Assembly: GCA_045655005.1 (NCBI GenBank)
Contig: JAZOOJ010000006.1
Coordinates: forward strand, 70,130 to 134,129
Direction: 5' to 3'
Length of the DNA: 64,000 bases
Source of the DNA: Clostridia bacterium
Lineage (GTDB): Bacteria; Bacillota; Clostridia; Christensenellales; UBA1242
Shown here: one piece after another, positions 1 to 9,987 of the stretch
Layout: each line of letters starts with the position of its first letter
How positions within the stretch are numbered: position 1 is the first letter of the stretch
The notes under the pieces: model-generated
Seen by the model: the letters and a program-made list of their open reading frames with translations, nothing else
The model's database searches: none
Told to the model about the DNA's origin: nothing
Program-made: the position numbers and the translations under genes

Positions 1-1
1 T

Positions 2-484
2 TACAAACTTGCAAGGGATGGCAAAGAATTTGATATAAAACCAAAAGACGTTGAAATTTATGGCTTAACGGCAAGTAGCATTGCTGGCGACAACTTATAT
101 GGTTTAAAAATATGGTGCTCTGCTGGTACATATATTAGAAGTTTAGGTTGCGATATTTTTAGGGCATTAAACACAAGAGCTACCATGACAAAACTGGTTA
201 GAACAAGGTCAGGTTCCTTTAAAATTTCCAATTCAATGACTATTGAAGAGATTTCAACAGAACCACAAAGTGCGTTAATCAGCATAGAAGACGCCTTAGA
301 AAATGTAGATGTAATTAGTTTAAACGAAGTAGAGTTTACAAAAATCAAAAATGGTGTTGTTATAAAAACAAACATTAAAGACGGCATATATTTAGCAAAA
401 TATTTAGACAAGATTATTGCTTTGGTAAATATAGCCAATGGACATATGAAAAGCGAAATTAATTTAATTGAGGGGAACAACTAA
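2..484 (+). CDS. truB: tRNA pseudouridine(55) synthase TruB, C-terminal part (5' end upstream of window)
   Basis: Frame 2 is open from base 2 to the TAA at 482-484. The translation contains the TruB-like motif CSAGTYIRSLGCDI...LVRTRSGSF. ORF-track entry 185..484 is only the internal-Met tail of this gene. Confidence 0.75.
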   Translation, partial: YKLARDGKEFDIKPKDVEIYGLTASSIAGDNLYGLKIWCSAGTYIRSLGCDIFRALNTRATMTKLVRTRSGSFKISNSMTIEEISTEPQSALISIEDALENVDVISLNEVEFTKIKNGVVIKTNIKDGIYLAKYLDKIIALVNIANGHMKSEINLIEGNN

Positions 485-1326
485 TGATTAAATTTGGGAC
501 ATCTGGTGTGTCGGATTCTATGAAAGAGGATAATCTAAACTATAATCAGGTCGCAAAGAGATTAAAAGAATTAGGACTTGACTGTTTTGAGTATCCATTT
601 ACATACGGAACAAATATAAGTGATGAAAAATGCAAAGAGATAGGGGATGCGTTTTTAAACGAAGGAGTGAGTTTGTCTGTTCATGCTCCTTACTATATTA
701 ATTTAGCGTCGGGAGATGAAGAATCAGTACTGAAAAGTTTTGGCCATATTTATAATTCTATGAAAAAAGCAAAAGTAATGGGTGCTGATAGAGTGATTTT
801 TCATCCGGGAAGTCTTACAAAGCAGACAAGAGAAGTAGCATTCAATAATGTACTTTCAAACTTAAAGAGGTTCGTTGAATCAATTACAGGAGATGAACTT
901 GTTGAGGGAGTATTATTGTGCCCTGAAACTATGGGTAAGCACGGACAAATTGGAACTCCCGATGAAGTTGTAGAAATGTGTAAACTTTCAAGTATACTAA
1001 TTCCAACAATTGACTTTGGTCATATCAATGCATTTAGTGGTGGGGGATTAATTTCAAAAGAAAGTTTTGCAAGTATCATTGAAAAATTTGTATTAGGTCT
1101 TGGCAAGAAAGAAATGCATATTCATTTTAGTAAAATTGAATATGGCGGAAAGGGTGAAATAAAGCATTTAACTTTTGAAACCGACCCAGGGTTTGGGCCT
1201 GATGAAAAATTGATGATTCAAGCACTTGTTGACTATGATGCAAATTTTAGAATTATATCTGAATCGGCGGGTACACAAGATAAAGATTCAAAAATTATGT
1301 TAGATTATTACAAAAAAGGGTTTTAA
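484..1326 (+). CDS. Endonuclease IV (Nfo)-like TIM-barrel protein
   Basis: 280 aa with metal-ligand-like motifs in Nfo order: [42 protein letters not shown]. Its start overlaps the truB stop (TAATG). Confidence 0.55.
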   Translation: MIKFGTSGVSDSMKEDNLNYNQVAKRLKELGLDCFEYPFTYGTNISDEKCKEIGDAFLNEGVSLSVHAPYYINLASGDEESVLKSFGHIYNSMKKAKVMGADRVIFHPGSLTKQTREVAFNNVLSNLKRFVESITGDELVEGVLLCPETMGKHGQIGTPDEVVEMCKLSSILIPTIDFGHINAFSGGGLISKESFASIIEKFVLGLGKKEMHIHFSKIEYGGKGEIKHLTFETDPGFGPDEKLMIQALVDYDANFRIISESAGTQDKDSKIMLDYYKKGF

Positions 1327-1379
1327 TTTTAATAAATCTATGTTATTATATTATAGACACATATTATAGGAGGGAGAAA

Positions 1380-1937
1380 ATGATTACTGCTGGAGAATTT
1401 AGAAAAGGCGTAACTTTTGAATTAGAAGGGAAAGTATATGTCGTGGTAGATTTTTTGCACGTTAAGCCAGGTAAAGGTTCTGCGTTTGTAAGAACAAAAA
1501 TCAAAAATGTAGTAACTGGTCAAGTAATAGAAAAGACATTTAACCCAACAGAGCGTTTTGAAAAGGCTCATATTGAAAGAAAAGAAATGTCTTATCTTTA
1601 TGAAGATGGTGGCTTGTATTATTTTATGGATAATAATACTTATGAACAAATTCCATTAAATAAAGATCAAGTTGAAGATGCATTAAACTATGTAACAGAA
1701 AATATGACTTGCACTATTCAATTCTATAAAGGCGAAGCATTCTCTGTTGAACCACCACTATTTGTTGAGTTGAACATTGTTGAATGCGAACCTGGTATTC
1801 AAGGTGATACATCAAAGGCTGGTTACAAGCCTGCAACTCTAGAAACTGGTCTTGTACTTCAAGTGCCATTATTTGTAAACAATGGTGAAAGAATCAGGAT
1901 TGATACAAGAACTGGAACATATATGGAAAGAGTTTAA
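1380..1937 (+). CDS. efp: Elongation factor P
   Basis: 185 aa. The N-terminus [43 protein letters not shown] is canonical EF-P. A GGAGGGAG RBS lies upstream. Confidence 0.95.
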   Translation: MITAGEFRKGVTFELEGKVYVVVDFLHVKPGKGSAFVRTKIKNVVTGQVIEKTFNPTERFEKAHIERKEMSYLYEDGGLYYFMDNNTYEQIPLNKDQVEDALNYVTENMTCTIQFYKGEAFSVEPPLFVELNIVECEPGIQGDTSKAGYKPATLETGLVLQVPLFVNNGERIRIDTRTGTYMERV

Positions 1938-1951
1938 TTTTATTATAAAAA

Positions 1952-1981
1952 ATGTCAGCAATATTTGCCGACATTTTTTTT
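1952..1981 (+). terminator. Rho-independent terminator after efp
   Basis: Stem ATGTCAGCA / TGCCGACAT (one mismatch) followed by a T8 run. Confidence 0.7.
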
Positions 1982-2040
1982 ATTGTAAAAATTTCATAGA
2001 ACGTGAATAGTTAAAATATGCTTTTAGTGGGAGAATGTAT

Positions 2041-2949
2041 ATGTTGGCAAAAATTATTCCTGCAGAATTACTAAATATGATAACAGCAAATTATGATTTA
2101 GAGTTTATATATGAAATACGAATAAGGCGAAATATGCCAATATGTATAAATGTTGCTGGAAAATATTTTGAGTTAAGAAGTCAAAGAGATAAAAAAATTG
2201 TATTTGCCGACAAACGCTTAATTGATTATATCTTGTTAAAAGCCACTGATTCGTCATTGTATTGTTATAACAATCAATTAAAGAATTGCTTTATTGCAAG
2301 TGTTGGGGGATTAAGGATTGGCGTATGTGGTGAGGTCGTGTATGATGACAACAAAAGTATAAAAACAATCAAGAATATATCTTCATTAAATATTAGGATT
2401 CCGCACGAAGTCGTAAATTGTTCAAAACCCATACAAAAATTTATTATGAATGAAAATGGTATAAATAATTGTTTAATTATTTCTCCGCCTTGCTGTGGAA
2501 AAACAACATTTATTAGAGATATTGCAAGAATTATTGGCTCGTCTGGTAAAGTTTTAAATACCTTAATTATTGATGAGAGATTTGAGATATGTGCGGGAAA
2601 CAATGGTGAACAATCTCTAAATGTGGGGTTATATGCTGATTGTATGTCTGGAAGTTCTAAGAATCTTGCCTTTACAGAAGGGGTTCGGTCGCTAAGACCT
2701 GATGTGATTATATGTGATGAACTTGCAAAGAAAGAAGATGTAGATGCGGTAAAACTTGCTATAAATTCGGGTGTTAAAGTCATTGCTACTGCTCACAGTG
2801 ACAGTTTTATGAATTTTAGGAGACGCACATATTTTAAAGAGTTGATAAATGAACAATATATAGATTTTTATATTTTTCTATCTATGAGAAATGGAGCAGG
2901 AACTATTGATGCAGTCTTTAATAAAGAATTAAGACCGGTGTGGGGGTGA
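2041..2949 (+). CDS. spoIIIAA: Stage III sporulation protein AA (ATPase)
   Basis: Walker A SPPCCGKTT and Walker B-like VIICDE. It is the first gene of an eight-gene spoIIIA-like operon. ATG 2041 has better spacing to the GGGAGA RBS than the track start 2035. Confidence 0.85.
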   Translation: MLAKIIPAELLNMITANYDLEFIYEIRIRRNMPICINVAGKYFELRSQRDKKIVFADKRLIDYILLKATDSSLYCYNNQLKNCFIASVGGLRIGVCGEVVYDDNKSIKTIKNISSLNIRIPHEVVNCSKPIQKFIMNENGINNCLIISPPCCGKTTFIRDIARIIGSSGKVLNTLIIDERFEICAGNNGEQSLNVGLYADCMSGSSKNLAFTEGVRSLRPDVIICDELAKKEDVDAVKLAINSGVKVIATAHSDSFMNFRRRTYFKELINEQYIDFYIFLSMRNGAGTIDAVFNKELRPVWG

Positions 2950-2954
2950 ATACT

Positions 2955-3434
2955 ATGAAATATTTATTATGTGTGGGCGTTATTGCTGGGTTTGGTTATA
3001 TTGGGCTGTGTGTTAGAAATCATTTATCAAAAAGAGTTCAATTTTATGCAGAACTTATTGATTTTTTAAACAAATTTATTATAAATATAAATTTTTTACA
3101 AGTTAATTTTATTGACTATTTAAATGAAGAAATTGCTAAGAACAATGAACTTGCAAAAGCATTAAGACAATTTAAACAAAATTATATAGATAATATATCA
3201 TCAGAGAATATAAAACATCTTTATTTAAGTGATAATGAATTAAATATTGTGTTTGAGTGTTTGAATTCGATAGGTTCAACAGATAGTGAAAATCAAATCG
3301 CATTACTTAATGGATATAAGGTGGAGTTTGAACAATTGCTTATAGAAAGCAGTGAGAAAATGAAAAAATACTCAGGTCTTGCAGTCAAGATGTCTATCAT
3401 AGTAGGTTGTTTAATTGTTTTGATTTTTATTTAG
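2955..3434 (+). CDS. spoIIIAB: Stage III sporulation protein AB
   Basis: Position in the operon, an N- and C-terminal TM segment, and a size of about 160 aa. ATG 2955 follows a GGGGGTGA RBS; the track start 2940 is a GTG inside spoIIIAA. Confidence 0.65.
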   Translation: MKYLLCVGVIAGFGYIGLCVRNHLSKRVQFYAELIDFLNKFIININFLQVNFIDYLNEEIAKNNELAKALRQFKQNYIDNISSENIKHLYLSDNELNIVFECLNSIGSTDSENQIALLNGYKVEFEQLLIESSEKMKKYSGLAVKMSIIVGCLIVLIFI

Positions 3435-3449
3435 GAGTAAAAGAAGTGT

Positions 3450-3647
3450 ATGGGGGTTGAAATAATTTTTAAAATAGGAGCGATTGGCATATTGACTGCC
3501 GTTATAAGTCAGGTCCTTGGACAAGCTGGGAAGAGCGAGATTGCAACTTTATCAACTCTTGCAGGCGTGGTAATTGTATTAGTTATGGTAATTGATATGA
3601 TTTCAGAATTGTTTACAAGTATAAAGAGTTTATTTGGGTTGGGGTAG
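3450..3647 (+). CDS. spoIIIAC: Stage III sporulation protein AC
   Basis: 65-aa two-TM hydrophobic protein at the expected operon position. Confidence 0.8.
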   Translation: MGVEIIFKIGAIGILTAVISQVLGQAGKSEIATLSTLAGVVIVLVMVIDMISELFTSIKSLFGLG

Positions 3648-4028
3648 ATGATTTTAACAATTGTCGGCATTGGAATTCTAGGCGTTTCGGCAACTTTAAT
3701 TTTAAAAGAAATTAAGCCGTCAATGGCACTTTTTGTTTCTCTTGCAACTTGTGTAGTTATTTCATTTTTGGTTATAGCCAGATTTCAAGGGTTAGCATCG
3801 ACCATAGGTGAGTTTATGACAAAATTGTCATTAGATGATGGAATTTTAAAGACAGCATTAAAAGTTGTTGGAGTTGGATATTTAATTGAATTTGCTTCGG
3901 ATATAGCCGAGGAAAGTGGATTGCAGTCAATTTCTCACAAAATTACGCTTGCAGGTAAAATTATCATCGCTTCTATTTGTTTGCCATATTTATTCGAATT
4001 GTTTGATATGGTATTAGGTTTGGTATGA
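3648..4028 (+). CDS. spoIIIAD: Stage III sporulation protein AD
   Basis: 126-aa polytopic membrane protein that abuts the spoIIIAC stop, at the expected position. Confidence 0.8.
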   Translation: MILTIVGIGILGVSATLILKEIKPSMALFVSLATCVVISFLVIARFQGLASTIGEFMTKLSLDDGILKTALKVVGVGYLIEFASDIAEESGLQSISHKITLAGKIIIASICLPYLFELFDMVLGLV

Positions 4029-5206
4029 AAAAATTAATGACATTATTTTTGTTTCTTTTGTTTATGAGTTCAATACTTAATTTTAAAAATTTAATGCCGG
4101 TTTATGCAACAACAGAAAACGAGGAAGATTTAGAAGAACTGTTGAGTGAAAGTATAAATTTACAACTTGAATCGCTTGATTTGGAGCCAATAGAAGATAT
4201 CTATAATAAGTATGTGACTCATGAAGAAGCTTCATTTTATGACATATTGACCGACATCTTAAATGGAGAAAATGTATTTTCATTTAATTCAGTATTAAAT
4301 TTGTTGTGTGGCGGGATAGTCAATACCATAAAGTCTAATTACAAATTACTTTTAACGATTTTAGCAATAGCTTTTTTATCGGCGCTAATATCTAATTTTG
4401 CAATATCTAAAACATCATCAGACTTTTTGTCATCTATTTCATTTGTGTTCGTTGCTATTGTTGCAGGTTTGATTAGTTATAGTGTGCTAGAGCTAATAAC
4501 AGATACATCCTTAACTCTTTCAAATATAAATAAACTAACAGAGACAATATCTCCAATTTTATTAGCATTAATGGTATCGATTGGAGCAGTGTCTTCAAGC
4601 GCATTGTATCAGCCGGCAATTTCAGCGATGTCAACTATAATAATTGATATATTTACAAACTTTTTGTTTGGATTGATAGTTTTTATGCTAGTTATTACAA
4701 TATTAGGTTCGTTGGTAGACGGGTTTAATCTTGGAAGGCTTAATCAATTTTGTTCGTCGCTTTTTAAGTGGGTTATAAGTATTGTGTTTACCTTATTTAT
4801 TGGGTATTTGTCTTTACAAGGAGTCACAGCTAGCGGATATGATGGATTATCTATCAAAACTGCAAAGTATGCGATAAGAAGTTATATTCCAATAGTTGGG
4901 GGATATCTATCTGATGGTTTTGAAATCTTTCGTGGTGGGAGTATTCTTATTAAGAATAGTCTTGGATTTATTGGGGTTATAATTTTAATTTTTGTAATAC
5001 TATCTCCGTTAGTAAAACTTATTGCTCTTAATTTAACATTTAAACTTGCTAGTTCTTTTACTGAGATTGTAGGGGCAAAAAAGATATCAAATTTACTGTC
5101 GGGTGTAACAAAGATTTTTAGTTATTTAATAGCAATTATTTTTGCAGTTTTTATGATGTGTTTTATATTATTTATTTTGATTATAATGACTGCAAATGTG
5201 GTGTAA
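4025..5206 (+). CDS. spoIIIAE: Stage III sporulation protein AE
   Basis: 393 aa with a signal-like N-terminus followed by a multi-TM body. It overlaps spoIIIAD by 4 nt. Confidence 0.8.
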   Translation: MKKLMTLFLFLLFMSSILNFKNLMPVYATTENEEDLEELLSESINLQLESLDLEPIEDIYNKYVTHEEASFYDILTDILNGENVFSFNSVLNLLCGGIVNTIKSNYKLLLTILAIAFLSALISNFAISKTSSDFLSSISFVFVAIVAGLISYSVLELITDTSLTLSNINKLTETISPILLALMVSIGAVSSSALYQPAISAMSTIIIDIFTNFLFGLIVFMLVITILGSLVDGFNLGRLNQFCSSLFKWVISIVFTLFIGYLSLQGVTASGYDGLSIKTAKYAIRSYIPIVGGYLSDGFEIFRGGSILIKNSLGFIGVIILIFVILSPLVKLIALNLTFKLASSFTEIVGAKKISNLLSGVTKIFSYLIAIIFAVFMMCFILFILIIMTANVV

Positions 5207-5208
5207 AA

Positions 5209-5646
5209 GTGAAAGAGTTATTAAGCGTAATTATTTCAATTCTTATTTTAATTATATTTTTTGAAATGTTTTGTTCTAACACACGGTTATCGAGTTTTAT
5301 AAGGTTTGTATTTTCAAGTTTAATTGTGTTTATTGCAATGTCTTTTTTATCAGAATGTATTGTGGGGTTGTCTAATTTGGATAATATTGAAAGTGAAGCA
5401 ATAGAAAACTCAATAGCTATTGCAGAGGGTCAAATTGCATATTTGGAAAATATAATAGAGAATCGGTTAGAAATTGAACATAATGTAATAAGCAGTATAA
5501 AGATTGGCTATGAAATTGATGAGAAAAATATTTTGCGATATTTAATGGTTGATGTTTATATAAGTGAAAAAGGTGAAATATCAACCGAAGAAGTTAAAAA
5601 GATAGTCCAAGAATATTTAGATTGTCAGGTGAATGTCTATGATTAA
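5209..5646 (+). CDS. spoIIIAF: Stage III sporulation protein AF
   Basis: Operon position, two N-terminal TM segments and a soluble C-terminal domain. GTG 5209 lies just after the spoIIIAE stop; the track start 5158 lies inside spoIIIAE. Confidence 0.55.
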   Translation: MKELLSVIISILILIIFFEMFCSNTRLSSFIRFVFSSLIVFIAMSFLSECIVGLSNLDNIESEAIENSIAIAEGQIAYLENIIENRLEIEHNVISSIKIGYEIDEKNILRYLMVDVYISEKGEISTEEVKKIVQEYLDCQVNVYD

Positions 5647-6166
5647 ATTATTCAAATCGAAAATATTATCAAATAAAAAAGTCCAACTGGCGGTAGCGGT
5701 TGTTTTAAGTTTTGTCTTATTGTTAATATGTTTCAACACTAGCGAAAGTGCTTCAACTAATAGTGAAATCAATGAAGTATTGGAGAGTAACATGGCAATG
5801 TCTGAAAATTATGAAGTTGGTGTTGAAGGCCGAATAGTAAACATTGTAAATTCTATAAATGGGATAAGTGATGCAAAAGCATTTGTTTACACGAAAGGTT
5901 CAATTGAGATAATATATGCCGAAGATAAAGAAATCAAGACGTCGGGTGGGGAAAACGGGAATTCAACAGAATTAGAATCAATTGTGTTTAGTAAAGACGG
6001 GACAAAGACTGCTGCTGTAGTTATAAAGAAAAATTATCCTAAAATTGAGGGTGTATTAGTCGTTGCAAAGGGTGCAGATGACGAAAAAAAGCGTATTATG
6101 ATAATTAATGCTCTTGCAACAGTTTTAGATATAAATATTACAGATATTGAAGTTCTAGCGGGTTAA
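5633..6166 (+). CDS. spoIIIAG: Stage III sporulation protein AG
   Basis: N-terminal TM segment and the C-terminal motif EGVLVVAKGADD typical of SpoIIIAG, at the expected operon position. Confidence 0.65.
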   Translation: MSMIKLFKSKILSNKKVQLAVAVVLSFVLLLICFNTSESASTNSEINEVLESNMAMSENYEVGVEGRIVNIVNSINGISDAKAFVYTKGSIEIIYAEDKEIKTSGGENGNSTELESIVFSKDGTKTAAVVIKKNYPKIEGVLVVAKGADDEKKRIMIINALATVLDINITDIEVLAG

Positions 6167-6201
6167 TTACAAGCATAAAATTTACTATGTGAGGTGAAAA
6201 A

Positions 6202-6714
6202 ATGAAATTTGTATTTTTTAGGAAAACAAAACAATTTATTAAAAACAAAAAGAAAGCATTGATAATTTGTGGAATGGCTTTGCTTTTGGTGGTGACAGGG
6301 GTTATAAATTATAAATTAAACACATCAGTCGGTCTTGATGATACAACTCCAACAAATGCTGTAACGGCAAATTTCTTTGATGCATATAAGCAAGATAGAG
6401 ATGCATCAAGAGAATCCCAACTTGAATTATTAAATGAAATTTCCAACAATGCCTATGCTACTGAAATTGAAAGGTCTACAGCTTTGCAAAATAAAGCAGA
6501 ACTACAAAAAAAGATGGAGAAAGAATTGATTTTAGAGGGGCTTATCAAGGCTAAGGGATTTGAAGACGCCGTTGTAACAATAGGCTCTGAATATTATAAT
6601 GTAATTGTAAAGGGTGGACAATTAACGCAAGATCAAGCGACACAAATACTTGGGGTTATTACAAATGAAACAAAGACCAGTCCGTCAAATGTAAAGATTA
6701 TTCCAGTTGAATAA
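6202..6714 (+). CDS. spoIIIAH: Stage III sporulation protein AH
   Basis: Last gene of the operon. N-terminal TM segment, 170 aa, C-terminal YscJ/FliF-like region by position. Confidence 0.55.
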   Translation: MKFVFFRKTKQFIKNKKKALIICGMALLLVVTGVINYKLNTSVGLDDTTPTNAVTANFFDAYKQDRDASRESQLELLNEISNNAYATEIERSTALQNKAELQKKMEKELILEGLIKAKGFEDAVVTIGSEYYNVIVKGGQLTQDQATQILGVITNETKTSPSNVKIIPVE

Positions 6715-6727
6715 TTGTATAAAATTA

Positions 6728-6756
6728 TTGCAAAAGCGAAACACTTGTGATATAAT
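6728..6756 (+). promoter_or_regulatory. Sigma-A type promoter with extended -10
   Basis: TTGCAA, 17-nt spacer, TGaTATAAT, located 31 nt upstream of the asp23-family ATG. Confidence 0.55.
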
Positions 6757-6786
6757 GCAATTAGTCTAATTGGGTGGTATAGAATT

Positions 6787-7167
6787 ATGGCACAAAAATC
6801 AGCAAAGTTTAAAAGAAAAAAAAGTTCAGACTTCTCATATAAAAAGGAAGTAGTAGTTCAAATTATTGAACTTGCCGCAAAAGAAATTTCTGGCGTAACT
6901 TCATTAAGTTCTACATTTGGTCTTCATTTCAGAAGTTTGTTTTCAAGGAAGTTGAAAAAAGGCGTAGCTATTGCATTTACAGACAGTGGATTAGTTATTG
7001 ATGTTTATGTTGATATGTTGTTTGGACATTCTGTAAACGACGTTGCATTTAGAGTACAAGAAAACATTAAAAGAAGTGTTGAAAGTATGACAGAGTTTAA
7101 AGTGAAAAGAGTTAACGTTCATGTGTATGGAGTAGCATTTCAACAAGACGAAAGCATTTATATATAA
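6787..7167 (+). CDS. Asp23/Gls24 family envelope-stress protein (YqhY-like)
   Basis: 126 aa. Asp23-type pattern (VVQIIELAAKEISGV ... VNVHVYGV). Sits before nusB as in Bacillus. Confidence 0.7.
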   Translation: MAQKSAKFKRKKSSDFSYKKEVVVQIIELAAKEISGVTSLSSTFGLHFRSLFSRKLKKGVAIAFTDSGLVIDVYVDMLFGHSVNDVAFRVQENIKRSVESMTEFKVKRVNVHVYGVAFQQDESIYI

Positions 7168-7174
7168 TACTATT

Positions 7175-7208
7175 CAAACCCTATTATAAAATAGGGTTTG
7201 TTTGTATT
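7175..7208 (+). terminator. Rho-independent terminator
   Basis: 11-bp stem CAAACCCTATT / AATAGGGTTTG followed by TTTGTATT. Confidence 0.7.
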
Positions 7209-7219
7209 GAGGGATAATT

Positions 7220-8092
7220 ATGACAAATCAAATGAAAAAGATATTGATGGTCTGCTTAATTTTGTCGTATGCTAATTTTTTAGGATTGTCAATAGTGTTG
7301 CTTGCATCAGGCTTTGTATATAAATATGTATTTAGTTATATATTTTTAGCTGTAAGTGCGGTATTGTGTGTTTATTTTCAATATTTGGAATCTCTTATAA
7401 TGAAACAAGATAAAGAACTTGCAGAACAGATTTTTTATGCAAAAAAATTGCTTGAATTAAGAGAGTTCGCAAAATTAAGATTTTATAAAAGCAGAGGATT
7501 AAATCCTCAATATAATGAAGATGGAACCGTAATGGAACCTGATAAATTTATTGGAATTTTAACTAAATTAGACGAGGAAGGTAAACTTGAAAAATCCATA
7601 TATGAAATATTGGGTGTTGAACCAGTTTTTGATAAAAATGGTAAAGAAGTTCCAGCAATATTAGTATTAAAACACTTGATGAAAAAACCAAGAACTTCTA
7701 AGTTTGAAGATATTAAAGGTTTGTCAAAGAAAATGGTTGCAAAGGGAACTCAAAATATTGCAAAAAAAGAAGAAAAGAAAAAAGAAGAAAAAAAAGCTGT
7801 TCAAAGTGCTCCATCAAAAGATGCAAAAAAGAAAGCAGAACAAGCTGTTGTCTATGCAAAGTATTACAAAGAAAAGGGCAAGTTGAAAAAAGCGAAGGAG
7901 AAATCTGACGAAAAGAAAAATCCTGGGTCTGCAAAGAAAGAAAAGTCTGAACAGATCAATCGAACAGCTAACAATGTTCCTGAGAACAACAAAAGAGAAA
8001 ATTTTGTAAAAGAATATATAATAAACAAAGAGAATTTAAACGGTAAAGATAATAGTAGTGAACAACATTATGATCCTGCCGTTTTAGAATAA
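7220..8092 (+). CDS. Hypothetical membrane protein with a Lys/Glu-rich low-complexity tail
   Basis: 290 aa. Two N-terminal TM helices, a central globular region, and a KKEEKKKEEKK-type tail. No family recognised. Confidence 0.5.
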   Translation: MTNQMKKILMVCLILSYANFLGLSIVLLASGFVYKYVFSYIFLAVSAVLCVYFQYLESLIMKQDKELAEQIFYAKKLLELREFAKLRFYKSRGLNPQYNEDGTVMEPDKFIGILTKLDEEGKLEKSIYEILGVEPVFDKNGKEVPAILVLKHLMKKPRTSKFEDIKGLSKKMVAKGTQNIAKKEEKKKEEKKAVQSAPSKDAKKKAEQAVVYAKYYKEKGKLKKAKEKSDEKKNPGSAKKEKSEQINRTANNVPENNKRENFVKEYIINKENLNGKDNSSEQHYDPAVLE

Positions 8093-8106
8093 TTAAGAGG
8101 GGAAAA

Positions 8107-8508
8107 ATGAGTAGAGTAATTTCAAGAGAAGAAACATTTAAATTAATTTTTGAATTTTGTGCAACAGGCGAAGCGAATGATTTTTCAGTCAATGAAGTAA
8201 TCGAAACTAACAAAGATGTTGAACCTGAATATGTAAACAAAGTGTATTATGGTGTTGTTGAGCATTTTGAAGAATTGAAAGATGCAATTGCAGGCACTAC
8301 AAAATCATTTTCTGTGGAAAGAATCTTTAAGGTAGATTTTGCACTTTTACTTTTGGCGTTGTATGAAATTAAGTATATAGAAGAAATTCCTAACGCAGTT
8401 AGCGTGAACGAGGTACTTAATTTATCGAAAAGATATTCAACAGAGAAAAGCTTTTCATATATTAATGGTATTCTTGCAAATTTTGTAAAGGTTGAAAACG
8501 ATGACTAA
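8107..8508 (+). CDS. nusB: Transcription antitermination factor NusB
   Basis: 133 aa. NusB-like sequence (REETFKLIFEF ... VSVNEVLNLSKRYS) and conserved position upstream of xseA. Confidence 0.85.
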   Translation: MSRVISREETFKLIFEFCATGEANDFSVNEVIETNKDVEPEYVNKVYYGVVEHFEELKDAIAGTTKSFSVERIFKVDFALLLLALYEIKYIEEIPNAVSVNEVLNLSKRYSTEKSFSYINGILANFVKVENDD

Positions 8509-9691
8509 GTTAACTCTTTCGGTAACACAAATAAGTACATACATAAAAAACATTTTTGACAATGAAGAATTGTTGATAGGTGTTAGTGTTTATGGAGAAA
8601 TAACTAATTTAAAACCGTCTGCACGAGCAATTTATTTTGATATAAAGGATAGCGATTCAGCACTTCCTTGCGTGTGCTTTGATCAGTATTTGATGAAAGA
8701 TTTTAAGTTTGGTGATAAAGTTACTGTTGTTGGTAAATTAAACTACTATGCAAAAACTGGCAAACTTAGTTTTATTGTATCCAAGATTGAAAAATTTGGT
8801 GTAGGGAATTTATATAAGCAATTTATTGAATTAAAAGACCGCCTTGAAAAAGAGGGGGTGTTTGATGAACGATATAAAAAGGATTTGCCTAAATATGCTA
8901 AACGAATAGGTGTTGTAACAAGCGAAACAGGTGCGGTGATTAGAGATATCGTAAGAGTCGCAAGAAAGAAAAATAGGTCAACCGACATTGTTTTATACCC
9001 GGTTAAGGTTCAGGGCGTGGGCTCAGATCTCGACATTATAAAAGGAATTAAATTCTTAGATAATTACAATGTCGATTTAATTATTGTTGCAAGAGGTGGT
9101 GGGTCGTTTGAAGATTATCAGCCGTTTAATACTGAACAAGTTGTTAGAGCCGTGTTTGAGTGCAAGAAACCGGTAATAAGTGCAATTGGTCACGAAAATG
9201 ATTGGTCTTTAATTGATTTTGTCGCCGATGTTAGGGCTAGTACTCCAAGTGTTGCAAGTGAAATAGCGTTCTTTGATGAAAAGCAATATTTGGAAAATCT
9301 TTATAATATTTTAAAGTATTCTATTTTAAAGTTGGAGGAATCCAATAGGAATAGTAAGGGAATATTGGACAACTTAGGTGAAATGCTTACTTTAAACTAT
9401 GAAAGCATTGTAAAAGACAAAAAGAATCGCATTGATGAATTATCTAACAAGTTGGCGGTTTTGATGGATAAAAATTTGGATAATTTCACAAATTTATTGG
9501 ATAAATTGTCAATAAGAATAAGTAGTTCAAATCCAGTTGAAATTATTAAGAGAGGTTTCACTCAAACTAAAAATAGTAAAGGTTTAGTTTTGAATTCGAT
9601 TGCAGATTTGAAAGTCGGAGAAGAGGTAGAAACTTTGTTTATTGATGGAAGCATATATTCCGAAATAAAAACTATTAAGGAGAAAAAGTGA
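8501..9691 (+). CDS. xseA: Exodeoxyribonuclease VII large subunit
   Basis: N-terminal OB-fold (LSVTQISTYIKNIF) and catalytic core (GVVTSETGAVIRDI, VARGGGSFEDY, GHENDWSLIDFVAD). ATG 8501 preferred over the track TTG 8492. Confidence 0.9.
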   Translation: MTKLTLSVTQISTYIKNIFDNEELLIGVSVYGEITNLKPSARAIYFDIKDSDSALPCVCFDQYLMKDFKFGDKVTVVGKLNYYAKTGKLSFIVSKIEKFGVGNLYKQFIELKDRLEKEGVFDERYKKDLPKYAKRIGVVTSETGAVIRDIVRVARKKNRSTDIVLYPVKVQGVGSDLDIIKGIKFLDNYNVDLIIVARGGGSFEDYQPFNTEQVVRAVFECKKPVISAIGHENDWSLIDFVADVRASTPSVASEIAFFDEKQYLENLYNILKYSILKLEESNRNSKGILDNLGEMLTLNYESIVKDKKNRIDELSNKLAVLMDKNLDNFTNLLDKLSIRISSSNPVEIIKRGFTQTKNSKGLVLNSIADLKVGEEVETLFIDGSIYSEIKTIKEKK

Positions 9692-9915
9692 TGAGTAATG
9701 AAGAATCTATTAAAAGATTAGAGGAAATAGCGGGTGAATTAGCAACACAAAATATTGATATTGAATTAGCAACGAAATTATTTGAAGAAGGTGTTACTAT
9801 TATAAAGGAGAATTATAATCAACTAAAGTCGGCATCTGCAAGAGTAGTGGTTTTAAAGAAGGAATTAGAAGAATATGCTGAAATTAATTTTGATTGTCTT
9901 GACGAAGATAAATAA
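9688..9915 (+). CDS. xseB: Exodeoxyribonuclease VII small subunit
   Basis: 75-aa helical protein (SIKRLEEIAGEL ... LFEEG) that overlaps the xseA stop. Confidence 0.85.
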   Translation: MMSNEESIKRLEEIAGELATQNIDIELATKLFEEGVTIIKENYNQLKSASARVVVLKKELEEYAEINFDCLDEDK

Positions 9916-9959
9916 TTCGACAAAATAAATAGAATATTAAAATTTTAATAAAAGAAACT

Positions 9960-9987
9960 ATCCTTATACATTGTATAAGGATTTTTT
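9960..9987 (+). terminator. Rho-independent terminator abutting the spoIVB start codon
   Basis: 10-bp stem ATCCTTATAC / GTATAAGGAT, 3-nt loop, T6 run. The 3' arm contains the only SD-like AAGGA for spoIVB. Confidence 0.65.

Noticed and set aside
185-484. ORF-track starts taken at face value (185-484 as a separate gene; 46988 for infC; 26352 for rpmB; 26463, 38600, 40421, 51538, 60368 and 11669 N-terminal extensions)
   Set aside because: In each case the reading frame and RBS position, or the conserved N-terminal sequence, indicate a different start. The evidence is given in the corresponding feature entries.
7704-7934. Overlapping ORFs 7704-7886 (+) and 7713-7934 (-) in the Lys/Glu-rich region
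   Set aside because: They are products of the purine-rich low-complexity repeat that encodes the tail of the 7220-8092 protein. There is no independent start signal.
9916-9922. Perfect Spo0A box (TTCGACA) just upstream of spoIVB
   Set aside because: At this base composition, a single 7-mer is expected several times by chance in 64 kb counting both strands. spoIVB is not a Spo0A target in model organisms. This is not sufficient evidence.
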